Part shown: one piece after another, positions 1-9,817 of the stretch
Numbering within the stretch: position 1 is the stretch's first letter
Layout of the letters: every line of letters begins with the position of its first letter
IMG/VR virus record: IMGVR_UViG_3300027881_000536
Location: 32,001 to 96,000 of that record
Length of the DNA stretch: 64,000 nt
Source of the DNA: a virus
Strand: one strand, 5' to 3'
Program-made: the position numbers and the translations under genes
The notes under the pieces: model-generated
The model's input: only the letters and a program-made list of their open reading frames with translations
Database searches by the model: none
Told to the model about the DNA's origin: nothing

Positions 1-3000
1 AAACAGCATGAGGAAGGTGGCCATCATCCGATAGATGACCCTATTGAGGATAGAAAACAGGATGCTGCAGATAATGCTGGTGGGTTGAGGGTCGACGAAT
101 TGATTGACCATATGTATTCGGCTCTAGGTAAGAACATGACGGCTATCGCCAATAATGTAATGGGTCACCCATTAGACCCTGAAGGGACTCATATACCACC
201 GTACTTTGACAAGCACTCACGAGTTAAACAATCAATAATCAGAGAGGGTTTGGAACTAGCGCATTTGTCACCACTGTCTCCTGATTTCAAGAAGAAGAGA
301 GGTAATAAGTCTGGTTATGATACTCCAGAAGGTGGTAGAACTAGTCAGAAGAGTATGGCTCAAATCATGAAAGTCCTTGATTTGCTTGATGAAGTAGGAG
401 TACCAAAGGGGTGGAATATCGACAATCCTGACATCATGGAGGAATTTGATAGAGTAGTTCTTCCTTATCTTGATAACAAATTCAAGAATAGTGCTCGAGA
501 TAGATTCGAGAGTTGGTTTCACACAGACCCTAAAGCCAAGTTGAGAGGGAGGGCTAGAGAATATCAATCAGCCATGGCTCATGATAATTGGTCTTTGGAA
601 GCGAGAGTAGAAGGCGAGACATCGGAACCACATGAGATTACTGAGAATCATGACATGAGTCCTTCTTGGTTATGGCACCACAGTTTACCAAAGACTGGGT
701 ATAATTTGTATGGGCCTGATATTGCTGAGATTCTCTATGGGGTTATCCCTTGTCTTGGTGAGAAGGTGAAAAATAGTGAGAAGATACTTTTCGATTCGAT
801 GGGCACTCGCCCTCCTCATTTTGACAAAGAGAAGAGTAATGAGCATCCTGATAATTATGACTATGCAGAGTGGCTAAAGGGGATTGGTAATGGTCCAGCA
901 CCAGAGACTTGGGATAATGACCCTAGTATACCATTCACAGAAAAAGGTGGTATGTCAGGTTTAGCCATGGAGATTGATGCCTATCTAAGAGGTGGTGAGT
1001 TGGGACCAATAATGGGAGAAGTCTACAAGAGATTCTACGGTGATTTACCCCTTAATCCTCACAAGGGTGATTTCGTAAGTAGACTCTTGAAAGGGCGCCT
1101 TGGGGAGGTTTATGGTGAACATGAAGAGGCTACAATGGCAGAAGACTCACCAGAGCGAGCCAGACAAATAGGTATGACAGAAATGAAAGATGTCACTGGT
1201 GAGAGTGCAGTTGGTGAGCGTTCTAGTGGGTATGGGGTTAGAGTGGCTGGACCTTCTGAAGTGACAAGGAGAAAGGAGGCTGACATAGCAGGGGCTCCAG
1301 ATACACTGCCGAAATCTATCGTAGAAAATTACCCCCTAGGTAGGCGACCTCTCAATGAGAGGATACTTAGGATGATGCTTCCTATTGCTGGTGCTAAAGA
1401 TACTTTCTTCTTGAGAGAGGCATTACAAATGGGGCTTAGAGAGCCAGCGTTACAATTGCTAGAAGCGTTACGAAAGAAATGGGGCGGGGCTGCTGTACCG
1501 AAAAATGAAATGGAAGACCGCTTACTTACTATGGATGAGGCTGTTGATAGAAGGACAGATGAACTAGGGCAGATGGTTGACAGGGCGACTATTCTAAGAG
1601 GTTCATCAGGAGGCATAGTTTTCCCTTATCATAATCGTGGCCTTATAATGCCTGCAGATACTCTGAGGATGATAGAACTAGGGCAGATGTATCCTGGCTT
1701 GGTCAACCAGAGTAACCATGACGGCTATAGGGATGAGGGGGCCAGTAGAGGTTCTGCAATTCTAGACCAACTTGGTCGTAGTGGAGTTACAGAGAACAGA
1801 GGGCTGACTGCTGCTATGTTGGGATTACTTTGCTCAGCATTGATGGGTGGTGGCTCTGCTGAACCTTGGTCATTTGAACATAGAGGGAATGAGAAGGCTT
1901 TGGTTGTAGACCACCCTGGACAATGGGGAGATGAATTCATGGGAAATTTGGCTAATTGGATTCGTAAGCAGCCACATCCACACATTGAGGGAGAGGAAAT
2001 TGGAAACCAATTAGGTGGTTGGGAGAATGAAGATTGGCGTCATCGTGTGGCTGACAAGAGATTCATCTACCCTGTCAATAAGCACATGAATGATGAGGGC
2101 ATAGAGGAATATAGATTACCTTTCAAGAAGACCGGTGGTAAGCATGGTCTGCAATTCAAGGTTCCTGATTTAGATGTATGCAGTCCTTATCCCGAGAAAG
2201 CATTAGGAGATGGATTGAGTTTTTCGCACCCATTCAGTATACAAAACCAATTGCAGGATATAGTCGGCTCCAGAGGTATCTATCCTTCTTGGACTACACC
2301 TAGAGATGGAGAACAGCATATCCAATCCATGCCTAAGCCGTGGATGGTGATTCCCAAAGAGAGTATCATAAATTACAATGGGCAAGACTATGTTGTTGCT
2401 GAACACCCTTCTGTAATCAAGGACGAGTTTAGTAACTATCTATCTGATTATGATAAGAGTCAAGGTAACAAACAACATAAGGACCTGATACTAGGACTTC
2501 GGAGAGAGGCTAAAAATATGGCTCCCAAGATGGAGGGGGGATGGGAGAAGAGTGAGAAGCAACGAGGATGGATGATGACCATGGAAATGTTGACTAGGGC
2601 TGTGGGGACAGGTCACCAAGCGGCTAAGGCCGTTTTACCTTTCATAATGGCCCACCTTGCTTCTAATCATACCCCTGATATAGAACAAGGAAATCAAAGT
2701 GAGTCTCAATGGAAGTTGGATGATTTCACGGAGAAGTATCTAAGGCAGCACAAAGGAGATACTTCTGAGGAGGCTCAAAGGAAATATGCTACATTATGCC
2801 ACTTGTACGAATTGGCTTGGAATTATGCAGACCGTCATGGCCCTGTTAAAAGAGGCTTATTCCTTGAGCAATTAGAGAAGCAAGGTCATAACTTCACTGA
2901 TGAACAGAAGGAAGGATTCCTAAGTCCTGATTTGAATGTGAACAGTGTGCAAGGTCATAAGGAATTCGTCATGCCCAAACATGGGATGGACACAAACCAT

Positions 3001-5709
3001 CCTTTCTATGAGGCCTTCCACGAAGGTATAGGGCAGAATGTAGAAGGATTGAACCTTCTGCGTGCTTTTACCAACAAACGATATGGAGATGATGAACGAT
3101 ATGAAGGATTGATGGATGCAATTGAAGATATCATGAATCAACATTTCTCTTGGGGTTCTGAATCGGTTGGTCAACCTGGCTTGGCTCCAGAGGACTGGAA
3201 AACGAAAAGCGGTCAACCTATGTCCTTCAAATTAAAGAAATTATTCGAGACTTCACAACAGGACCATGACAAAGCCATGTATCAAGCAGACCATTATGAG
3301 AAAGGTCTGGATGGAGGTGATGACCCTCTTTGGTATATTCCAGAGTCTGACGCTCCATTTTCAGATGAGCATCCTGAGCATAGGACGAAGAATGTGGAGA
3401 GGGCTAAAAGGGGTAGTAGGGCTCAGATGTCCTTGAATACAAAAAGCATCTTGAATACTGTAGGTGATGAGCACGATTCAGATTATAGTATAGAGGACCA
3501 TAGAACACTCAATCAATTCATAGTTGCTATGGGGCCTGTGATTAAGGATTTGGTAAGTGAACTAGATAAGGTTAATTATCTGCCAGAACACGCTTCACAC
3601 CAACGATTTGATGAGAATGACCCCCAAGATGTAATGAGAGAATATTGTAGACTTTTGTTCCTTCGGGGTCGTATCAATCCCAAGTATCAACCTAGGCCTT
3701 GGTCATATCGCTCTTCTGGTATGAAACAGATAGGTGATGATAGCGAGCCTGGTGTGATAAATCTTAATAGAACACGACTCTCGAATCTATCTAGTGTCCA
3801 TGCACATGATTCATTCCACCAGTCAGAAGTTATGCCTTTCACTATGGATGTCGAGAATCATATACCTGACCTTCATAGTAGAGGGTCTCCTACTCCCCCT
3901 TGGGATATTGGTGTAGGTGGTGAGTACCAGAACAATTCTCAAGACCCTACAAGAGACCAACGCTTGGGCCATGAGGAGATGCAAGAGGGAAAGAGAGATA
4001 CAGCCATTGCTACTCCCTATAGGACTGTCCACTCTAATATTCTTAATTCAGCATTCGGTCAGAGACTTGCTATTACTGGGGATAACTCTAACATTGGAGC
4101 GTCACTCCAGTATACGGAGGATGATGAGGTGAGGTATTCGTTGGATGTTTTGACTGATGTAGACTTGCTCCTGAAAGAGGAAGAAAGGGATAAGGGTAAA
4201 CCTGCTCCTGTTAAAGCCATGCATCGTATCTTTGACCTTGATGATTTAGAGTATCTCAGAGGGTTTTCTGATGATTGGGTAGTTACTTCATGGCCTGCTG
4301 GTACAAGAGTTATTGTAGAGAAGAAAGGTAAGAAGGTTAAAGCCCGAGATGCAGAAGGTAAATCTGTTACTCTACCCAATGAAATTAAGACCGGTGTTAA
4401 AGATGCTCATGACAAGGATTTCTTAATAGATGCCATTTGGGATGAAGACAGATTATGTATTGTGGATATCTTGGAATGTGAAGATGATGATTTGTGTAAT
4501 AAGCCCACCAAAGATAGAGTCAGGCATCTAAGGGCTCACTTTGAGTCTACTGAGAAGGTTAGTACTCCAGCACCAGTAAATACGAAGAGAGTTGATGGGC
4601 AGGGTCTCAAGAGAGCAGTCAAGGACCTCATGAAGGAACCTGATGTAAAGCAGGTCCTATTGAGAGATGCTGAGTCCACTTACATGCGTGGAGAAATGAG
4701 GCACCCAAAATGGGTATTACTTACGCCAGACCATCAAATTGATGTTTTAATTCTATCTTCCTCTGGGGTTGATAACCATCTGATTGGAGTTGGGCCATTG
4801 TATGAACAGGATGCTAAGGCAATTGGTAACAGGGCGGTTCGTTATGATGGGGATTATTACATGGATGTAGGTACAGTCTCGCGTTCAGGTTTGGAAGAGG
4901 GGATGTACATAACTGTGAAGACATCAGGTATTTCTCATTCGGCTAGAAGGAATTATTCAGTTTACCGATTAAATGCACCTCGTTATCTGAGAGAATCTGA
5001 GAGTGGAGCGACTGACAGTGTAGAGACTTTGGAGATACTGCGTCACAGGCAGGAAGGTAATGTACCTCACAAGGTTCGGATTAAGAAAGGGAGAATCCAC
5101 ATAGATGTACCTACAGGACATGTAGTCTATGAAACAGAAGTGTCTGGGAATGCATTTCTTTTGAAAGATGTAGATTCCCCAGATGATTATACTCTAAGAG
5201 TGACTCAAAGCCAAATGGAATATTGGTCACCGCTGGCTGCAGTTCTTTTGCGTTCTGAAAGAGAGGGAGAGAAGGAAGAGATAGAACCAGAGCCTGCGGC
5301 TAATCATGATAAGAAGCCAAAGAAGGTGCTACCGAAAAGAGATGAGTTGCTCAAAGACCCTGAAGTCGTCAAGACTGTAGTTCTAGCATTAGAGACAGTA
5401 GATGGTATGCTCAAAGAGAAGGTTACTTGGACTGGTCCTAAGGCTCTAGGTATTGATTATGGTACTCCCATAGAATCACCTCATGGGCCTACTGATATAA
5501 CTGAACCATATGATATGCCTGACCATGACCCTGCTGCTAGACAGTCTGAACCTAAGGCATGTTGGTGTGGTGCTGAAAAGGGAGAAGAATGTAAACAAGG
5601 CATGGGTCACGATATGGAAGATTGCCCCAAGGCTAGACCACCAGATAGTGATGAAAAGCCAGAACATCTCACCGTTTCTCAGGATTCTCGCGATGTTTCT
5701 TCCGTGTGA
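1..5709 (+). CDS. Giant head-module protein (>1900 aa, 5'-truncated) with a C-terminal degenerate ATP-dependent DNA ligase-like domain and a terminal Cys/His cluster
   Basis: Frame 1 is open from base 1, so the TTG at 85 is not the true start. About 4200-5050 reads like ligase motifs I/III/IIIa/IV/V (VTSWPAGTR, FLIDAI, IVDIL, KQVLLRDAESTYMRG, KWVLL) followed by an OB-like segment. The C-terminus has CWC..C..H..C. It lies directly upstream of the prohead protease. Confidence 0.75.
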   Translation, partial: KQHEEGGHHPIDDPIEDRKQDAADNAGGLRVDELIDHMYSALGKNMTAIANNVMGHPLDPEGTHIPPYFDKHSRVKQSIIREGLELAHLSPLSPDFKKKRGNKSGYDTPEGGRTSQKSMAQIMKVLDLLDEVGVPKGWNIDNPDIMEEFDRVVLPYLDNKFKNSARDRFESWFHTDPKAKLRGRAREYQSAMAHDNWSLEARVEGETSEPHEITENHDMSPSWLWHHSLPKTGYNLYGPDIAEILYGVIPCLGEKVKNSEKILFDSMGTRPPHFDKEKSNEHPDNYDYAEWLKGIGNGPAPETWDNDPSIPFTEKGGMSGLAMEIDAYLRGGELGPIMGEVYKRFYGDLPLNPHKGDFVSRLLKGRLGEVYGEHEEATMAEDSPERARQIGMTEMKDVTGESAVGERSSGYGVRVAGPSEVTRRKEADIAGAPDTLPKSIVENYPLGRRPLNERILRMMLPIAGAKDTFFLREALQMGLREPALQLLEALRKKWGGAAVPKNEMEDRLLTMDEAVDRRTDELGQMVDRATILRGSSGGIVFPYHNRGLIMPADTLRMIELGQMYPGLVNQSNHDGYRDEGASRGSAILDQLGRSGVTENRGLTAAMLGLLCSALMGGGSAEPWSFEHRGNEKALVVDHPGQWGDEFMGNLANWIRKQPHPHIEGEEIGNQLGGWENEDWRHRVADKRFIYPVNKHMNDEGIEEYRLPFKKTGGKHGLQFKVPDLDVCSPYPEKALGDGLSFSHPFSIQNQLQDIVGSRGIYPSWTTPRDGEQHIQSMPKPWMVIPKESIINYNGQDYVVAEHPSVIKDEFSNYLSDYDKSQGNKQHKDLILGLRREAKNMAPKMEGGWEKSEKQRGWMMTMEMLTRAVGTGHQAAKAVLPFIMAHLASNHTPDIEQGNQSESQWKLDDFTEKYLRQHKGDTSEEAQRKYATLCHLYELAWNYADRHGPVKRGLFLEQLEKQGHNFTDEQKEGFLSPDLNVNSVQGHKEFVMPKHGMDTNHPFYEAFHEGIGQNVEGLNLLRAFTNKRYGDDERYEGLMDAIEDIMNQHFSWGSESVGQPGLAPEDWKTKSGQPMSFKLKKLFETSQQDHDKAMYQADHYEKGLDGGDDPLWYIPESDAPFSDEHPEHRTKNVERAKRGSRAQMSLNTKSILNTVGDEHDSDYSIEDHRTLNQFIVAMGPVIKDLVSELDKVNYLPEHASHQRFDENDPQDVMREYCRLLFLRGRINPKYQPRPWSYRSSGMKQIGDDSEPGVINLNRTRLSNLSSVHAHDSFHQSEVMPFTMDVENHIPDLHSRGSPTPPWDIGVGGEYQNNSQDPTRDQRLGHEEMQEGKRDTAIATPYRTVHSNILNSAFGQRLAITGDNSNIGASLQYTEDDEVRYSLDVLTDVDLLLKEEERDKGKPAPVKAMHRIFDLDDLEYLRGFSDDWVVTSWPAGTRVIVEKKGKKVKARDAEGKSVTLPNEIKTGVKDAHDKDFLIDAIWDEDRLCIVDILECEDDDLCNKPTKDRVRHLRAHFESTEKVSTPAPVNTKRVDGQGLKRAVKDLMKEPDVKQVLLRDAESTYMRGEMRHPKWVLLTPDHQIDVLILSSSGVDNHLIGVGPLYEQDAKAIGNRAVRYDGDYYMDVGTVSRSGLEEGMYITVKTSGISHSARRNYSVYRLNAPRYLRESESGATDSVETLEILRHRQEGNVPHKVRIKKGRIHIDVPTGHVVYETEVSGNAFLLKDVDSPDDYTLRVTQSQMEYWSPLAAVLLRSEREGEKEEIEPEPAANHDKKPKKVLPKRDELLKDPEVVKTVVLALETVDGMLKEKVTWTGPKALGIDYGTPIESPHGPTDITEPYDMPDHDPAARQSEPKACWCGAEKGEECKQGMGHDMEDCPKARPPDSDEKPEHLTVSQDSRDVSSV

Positions 5710-5741
5710 TTCAAATACCATAAGAACCCGTTGTTTGGGCA

Positions 5742-7130
5742 ATGCTGATGATGGAAGCACCGCTAGACAGCCCTATTCTCATCAAAGGTAGGACTGGAGA
5801 CCTAGTTGTTGCCGGCTATGCTTCAGTTGAAATGGTCGATAAACAAGGGGACCTGATAACTAAGGGCGCACTACGAGAAGCATTCAAGAAATTCATGGGT
5901 TCTCCAGGCTTTAGGAATGTGCAACTGGCTCATTCAAATATCCAAGTTGGTTCTGTCATTCCTGAGTATTCGGATAGTAGTGGGCGTGTCTGGAAGTCTG
6001 AAGTAGACGATACTGGTATGTTCGTAGTTATCCAACTCCGTGATGATATCGAAAAGGCTCGTGAGGTAGCCGCAGAAATCCGAAAGGGTAACCTCAAATC
6101 ATTTTCAATAGGTGGGCAGGCTTTCGAGCGTGTCAACAAGAGTAACTCCGAGAGAGGAGATTACCGAGAAATACGCAGGATGGAACTGCATGAAGTTACC
6201 ATCTGCGAGAAGGGCATCAATCCAGAGGCCCAATTCCGAATCCTGAAAGAGGATAAAATTGAAATAAATAAAGGTGAAAATATGACAGATGCAATGACAG
6301 AACTACAGGATGTCTTGGAAAGGTTATCCAAGAGGCTAGACGATGTTGACGAGGCTGAGTCTGCCCTGAAGGGCAAAGACGATGCTGAGAAAGGCAAAGA
6401 CGATGCTGAAAAGGAAGACAAAGAAAAGGCTGATGTAGCAAAGGACAATGAAGACAAAGAATCTTCTGAGAAGTCTGAGAAAACGGAAAAGATGGACGAT
6501 GTGATTACCACAGAGTATCTTGACTGGCTAGAATCGACTGTGAAGTCTGCTGGGTATGACCCATCGGCTGCTCGCGGTCACTTTGATAACACAGAGGGAG
6601 TCGAAAAGGCTTACCTCCAAGAGGGTGCTCATGGTTACGACCATCGTGGACAGGGTAGTATCGAAGGCGCTGGTGAGGATGACTCCGGTAAGCGACCCAA
6701 GATGAATATGGGTGCAGGACCGAGTGGTAACAAAACCGTCATCAAGACAGATGAGTTCATCCATCCGGAAATGGTTTCCTCTGCACAAGTAGAGGAAGCA
6801 TATCAGGTCTACAAGGCCGCTGCTCTTGAGCAGCAGTTCAAGTCTGACCTAGGCAACAACTTCTCAATAAGATTACAAAAAGAAATACAGAATAGTCAGA
6901 ATGAGACCGAGAGGTCATCATTCGATGCGCGTGGGCCTCTACAAGACCTACAGAAAGCAGTTCTCGCTCTAAGCGGTAGGATTGAGGATGTTTCCACCAC
7001 ACCTGGTGAAGATTTCCAGAAATCTGCAGATGCTTCGAGAGTAACTATTCCTGAGACAACCGAGATGGCTGCCTTGTCGTGGGACGATGTCCACCGACTA
7101 GCACACTCGGCTCTAAGGGGTGATAACTGA
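5742..7130 (+). CDS. Prohead protease (HK97/XkdF-like) fused to a C-terminal scaffold region
   Basis: N-terminal VAGYAS..VDKQGD, catalytic-type LAHS and SFSIGG, and HEVTICEKGINPEA. The C-terminal half is acidic/coiled-coil-like. It lies immediately upstream of the capsid gene with TGATG coupling. Confidence 0.88.
   Translation: MLMMEAPLDSPILIKGRTGDLVVAGYASVEMVDKQGDLITKGALREAFKKFMGSPGFRNVQLAHSNIQVGSVIPEYSDSSGRVWKSEVDDTGMFVVIQLRDDIEKAREVAAEIRKGNLKSFSIGGQAFERVNKSNSERGDYREIRRMELHEVTICEKGINPEAQFRILKEDKIEINKGENMTDAMTELQDVLERLSKRLDDVDEAESALKGKDDAEKGKDDAEKEDKEKADVAKDNEDKESSEKSEKTEKMDDVITTEYLDWLESTVKSAGYDPSAARGHFDNTEGVEKAYLQEGAHGYDHRGQGSIEGAGEDDSGKRPKMNMGAGPSGNKTVIKTDEFIHPEMVSSAQVEEAYQVYKAAALEQQFKSDLGNNFSIRLQKEIQNSQNETERSSFDARGPLQDLQKAVLALSGRIEDVSTTPGEDFQKSADASRVTIPETTEMAALSWDDVHRLAHSALRGDN
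6282..7130 (+). CDS. Putative nested in-frame scaffolding protein (282 aa, MTDAMTELQ...)
   Basis: In-frame ATG at 6282 is preceded by GGTGA (6273-6277), the same RBS motif used by neighbouring genes, and sits where the protease domain ends. Confidence 0.6.
   Translation: MTDAMTELQDVLERLSKRLDDVDEAESALKGKDDAEKGKDDAEKEDKEKADVAKDNEDKESSEKSEKTEKMDDVITTEYLDWLESTVKSAGYDPSAARGHFDNTEGVEKAYLQEGAHGYDHRGQGSIEGAGEDDSGKRPKMNMGAGPSGNKTVIKTDEFIHPEMVSSAQVEEAYQVYKAAALEQQFKSDLGNNFSIRLQKEIQNSQNETERSSFDARGPLQDLQKAVLALSGRIEDVSTTPGEDFQKSADASRVTIPETTEMAALSWDDVHRLAHSALRGDN
6372..6409 (+). repeat. 21-nt period tandem repeat in the scaffold (KGKDDAE x2)
   Basis: GGCAAAGACGATGCTGA occurs at 6372 and 6393. Confidence 0.9.
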
Positions 7131-8275
7131 TGGCGCGTAATTATGTAAGGACAATACAGGACATGGAGCGATACTACTACGGTGGTACCGCATTGACCGG
7201 GTACACCTACAGCAGTGGAGATATACTCAAGGCGGATGCACCGCTTCTGAGCACCACGGCTGGTACCTACCAGGCAATCTATGGCAGGAAGGTTTGGTCG
7301 CAGTTGAATCAAGAGTTCAACGCGTTCAGCATCCTACCAAAGAAGCCGTGGGAGCGAAGTGGATGGCGCATCATAACTGCCAAGCCTTCGTTCGATGTTG
7401 GTGGAGGTCTGGCTGAGAACGCCACACTGCCCGACACCACGAAGCCTGACTTCCTGCATGTGGCTGCAAAGCCCAAGACCATTGGCCACTCGTTCGACCT
7501 GAGCGAAGTGTCCATGTTCCTTTCCGATAAGGATGATGGTCTCGGAGATGTGCGCCAAGTGCTCAAGGAAGAGATGGGGAAGCACCACGCTGACCACATC
7601 AACAGGATGCTATTGGTAGATGTCGAGACCCCAGCGGGTAACGACTTCGAGTCACTGGACCGACTAACCTCGGACCCAGACTCGATGACAACTGGTACAG
7701 GCCATGTGAGTGCTACTACAGACCACGACCTATACTCTATCACACGCGATGGGAGTTCCGACTTCCACAGTGCTGAGGTAGATGTGTCGGCTGCGGCTAA
7801 CACTAACAGGAACCTAAGCCTGAATCAACTGGACGGATTGTTCCAGCAGATTTGGGTTCGAGGTGGTAACCCCAAGGTCATGCTGACTGGGTACGATACC
7901 CTGATGCGTGTGCAACAACTACTGCAGAGCCAGCAGAGATTCATGGAATCGAAGAGGGTCACCCCCACCTACAACGGTGTGAAGGGTGTGCCTGGTATCG
8001 AGGCCGGATTCATTGTGGCTACCTACAACGGCGTGCCGCTGATTCCGTCCAAGGATGTAGTAACTGACACGAGTGGAATCTCGAGGATTTACTACTTTGA
8101 TACGGACTACTTGTGGTTCCAGACTGCTATACCGACCCAATATTTCGAGTCGGGTATCGAAACCGGCGACCCGTTCGCCATCAACAGACTAGGCCAAGAG
8201 GGGCTCTACCGAACCATGGGTGAGGTATGGGACTCTTTCTTCGGCGCAGGAGGTTCTATCCGTGACCTTAAGTGA
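7130..8275 (+). CDS. Major capsid protein, HK97-like fold
   Basis: 381 aa directly after protease/scaffold. The C-terminal pattern YNGVPLIPSKD...IYYFDTDYL fits HK97-type capsid proteins. Codons are visibly skewed to C-ending, as expected for a highly expressed gene. Confidence 0.88.
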   Translation: MARNYVRTIQDMERYYYGGTALTGYTYSSGDILKADAPLLSTTAGTYQAIYGRKVWSQLNQEFNAFSILPKKPWERSGWRIITAKPSFDVGGGLAENATLPDTTKPDFLHVAAKPKTIGHSFDLSEVSMFLSDKDDGLGDVRQVLKEEMGKHHADHINRMLLVDVETPAGNDFESLDRLTSDPDSMTTGTGHVSATTDHDLYSITRDGSSDFHSAEVDVSAAANTNRNLSLNQLDGLFQQIWVRGGNPKVMLTGYDTLMRVQQLLQSQQRFMESKRVTPTYNGVKGVPGIEAGFIVATYNGVPLIPSKDVVTDTSGISRIYYFDTDYLWFQTAIPTQYFESGIETGDPFAINRLGQEGLYRTMGEVWDSFFGAGGSIRDLK

Positions 8276-8307
8276 GGTTTATGGAGAGATAACAGAGGTG
8301 ATATGAT

Positions 8308-8721
8308 ATGGCAGTAACATTTACGAGAAGCACAGGAAGCGGCGGAGTAATGACCGTCGACTTGGAACTAGACCTATATGCAGGGGCTTTGGGCTCCGAT
8401 ACAAGGTGGCTGGACGGCGCAGCAGGGGCAGCAGACGCATACCCCGGTAGTCTGACAGGCTTTACAGCAGCAAACGATGATACAACAAATACGGCAGGAC
8501 GAGGACTGAAACTAGTTGTGGGTACTTGCACTTTGGTGCAGGACAACAACGCCTTCACAGTTGGTGGAGATGGTGACACAGTTCACGCAATAGTGGTTGG
8601 CGGCTCAGGAGTCGCAGCGACATCTTGCTCAGTAGACGCAGGGCTTGGAACAGGGATAATCACCTTCGCTTGCGAAGGAACCCTTTCTGGAAGCACCGGG
8701 TTTATGGCGATAGTATCTTGA
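8308..8721 (+). CDS. Small Gly/Thr/Ala-rich virion protein (possible capsid decoration)
   Basis: GAGGTGA RBS, position after the capsid gene, beta-rich composition. Confidence 0.5.
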   Translation: MAVTFTRSTGSGGVMTVDLELDLYAGALGSDTRWLDGAAGAADAYPGSLTGFTAANDDTTNTAGRGLKLVVGTCTLVQDNNAFTVGGDGDTVHAIVVGGSGVAATSCSVDAGLGTGIITFACEGTLSGSTGFMAIVS

Positions 8722-8736
8722 TTGAGGTGACCCAGC

Positions 8737-9075
8737 ATGCCAACACTACTTTGGAGAGGCCCTAAGCGGGCTGTCCGTACTAAGTACGGGTACTATGACA
8801 GGCACACACCAGTGGCTGTTACCCAAGTATGGTTGGATGAGCGACGCGGAGCATTTTCAGGTGACCATTGGCAAATTGAAGATGACTACCCCGGCGTTCT
8901 CTTTGCAGAGAATACTGATGACGGCCTACCAGACAACGACTGGTTGAAGGCTGACATCAAAATCTGGCTAGAGAACAATGGGGTGGAAGTCTCGTCTATT
9001 CGGACAACGAAGGCGACAATGTTGACAATGGTAACTGAAGTCTTGGCGGACGGGGTTACTACCGAGGAGGAATAA
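8737..9075 (+). CDS. Head-module protein with a C-terminal HeH/LEM-like helix pair
   Basis: GAGGTGA RBS. WLKADIKIWLENNGVEV...TKATMLTMV resembles a helix-extension-helix motif. Confidence 0.5.
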   Translation: MPTLLWRGPKRAVRTKYGYYDRHTPVAVTQVWLDERRGAFSGDHWQIEDDYPGVLFAENTDDGLPDNDWLKADIKIWLENNGVEVSSIRTTKATMLTMVTEVLADGVTTEEE

Positions 9076-9077
9076 TT

Positions 9078-9344
9078 ATGGCATTTAGTTTTACAATAGA
9101 CCAAAGACCCAGTACAATGGGAAACCTACTAATGGTATTCGGCACATTTACCAACACTAGCAGCACTACGGGGGGCGACATTGATTTGTCATCCCTCTTG
9201 AATGAGATAGTTTCAGCAGGTGCTAACGGCGACGGTGCGGGTGCTACTGACACAGAGATTGACGGGACTGCTGCGGCAACCCTGACTCTTGTGGTAGCAG
9301 GCGGCCTCGACGGAAAGTGGTGGGCAATGGGACGCCGTGGCTGA
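9078..9344 (+). CDS. Small beta-rich virion protein (possible head fibre/decoration)
   Basis: GAGGAGG RBS, 88 aa, VFGTFTNTSSTTGGDIDL, tight operon packing. Confidence 0.5.
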   Translation: MAFSFTIDQRPSTMGNLLMVFGTFTNTSSTTGGDIDLSSLLNEIVSAGANGDGAGATDTEIDGTAAATLTLVVAGGLDGKWWAMGRRG

Positions 9345-9360
9345 TTGGGGGTAAGACCCC

Positions 9361-9534
9361 ATGACAGATACTAAGATATACGAGTTCAAGCCTTCCGAGG
9401 CAATAGAACTTGGCGCTTCTGTGGCCGGTGGCATACAGAAGGTCTTGGATGACTACACAAACGGTAAGACAGTAGAAGGGATTACCAGTTATTTAATGCT
9501 GGGAAACCTATATGTCGTGGTTGTCACCGCTTAA
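9361..9534 (+). CDS. 57-aa hypothetical protein (MTDTKIYEFKPSEAIELG...YVVVVTA), not in the ORF track
   Basis: Manual translation. GGGGGT RBS; fills the gap between 9344 and 9545 exactly. Confidence 0.75.
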   Translation: MTDTKIYEFKPSEAIELGASVAGGIQKVLDDYTNGKTVEGITSYLMLGNLYVVVVTA

Positions 9535-9544
9535 GGTGACGACT

Positions 9545-9817
9545 ATGGATGCTGAAGACCTTCGACGCTTGTCCAAACAAGGGTGGAACTACGCAACCGG
9601 CGAGAGCGTTCGTACAGAAGCAGGGTCTGACGAGCGCCTCGCTGGCCAAATTGGTGAGCAAAATCTGCGCTCACGAAACATACGAGATGTCATAGACATC
9701 GGCAGTGGTACCCGCTGTAAGCACTGCGGCATGCTCCATTTCTGTTACTTGGAGCGCTGCGGTGCTTGCAGCAAGCCAATGGAGTATAATCTAGGAAAGG
9801 TGGATGTGAAGGTATGA
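9545..9817 (+). CDS. Zinc-ribbon protein (CxxC-x10-CxxC)
   Basis: CKHC...CGAC. Start placed at ATG 9545 behind AAGGTGA rather than 9512. Confidence 0.7.
   Translation: MDAEDLRRLSKQGWNYATGESVRTEAGSDERLAGQIGEQNLRSRNIRDVIDIGSGTRCKHCGMLHFCYLERCGACSKPMEYNLGKVDVKV

Noticed and set aside
9348-9360. GGGGT-AAG-ACCCC hairpin covering the RBS of the 57-aa ORF
   Set aside because: Only 5 bp with a 3-nt loop; possibly regulatory but too weak to support.
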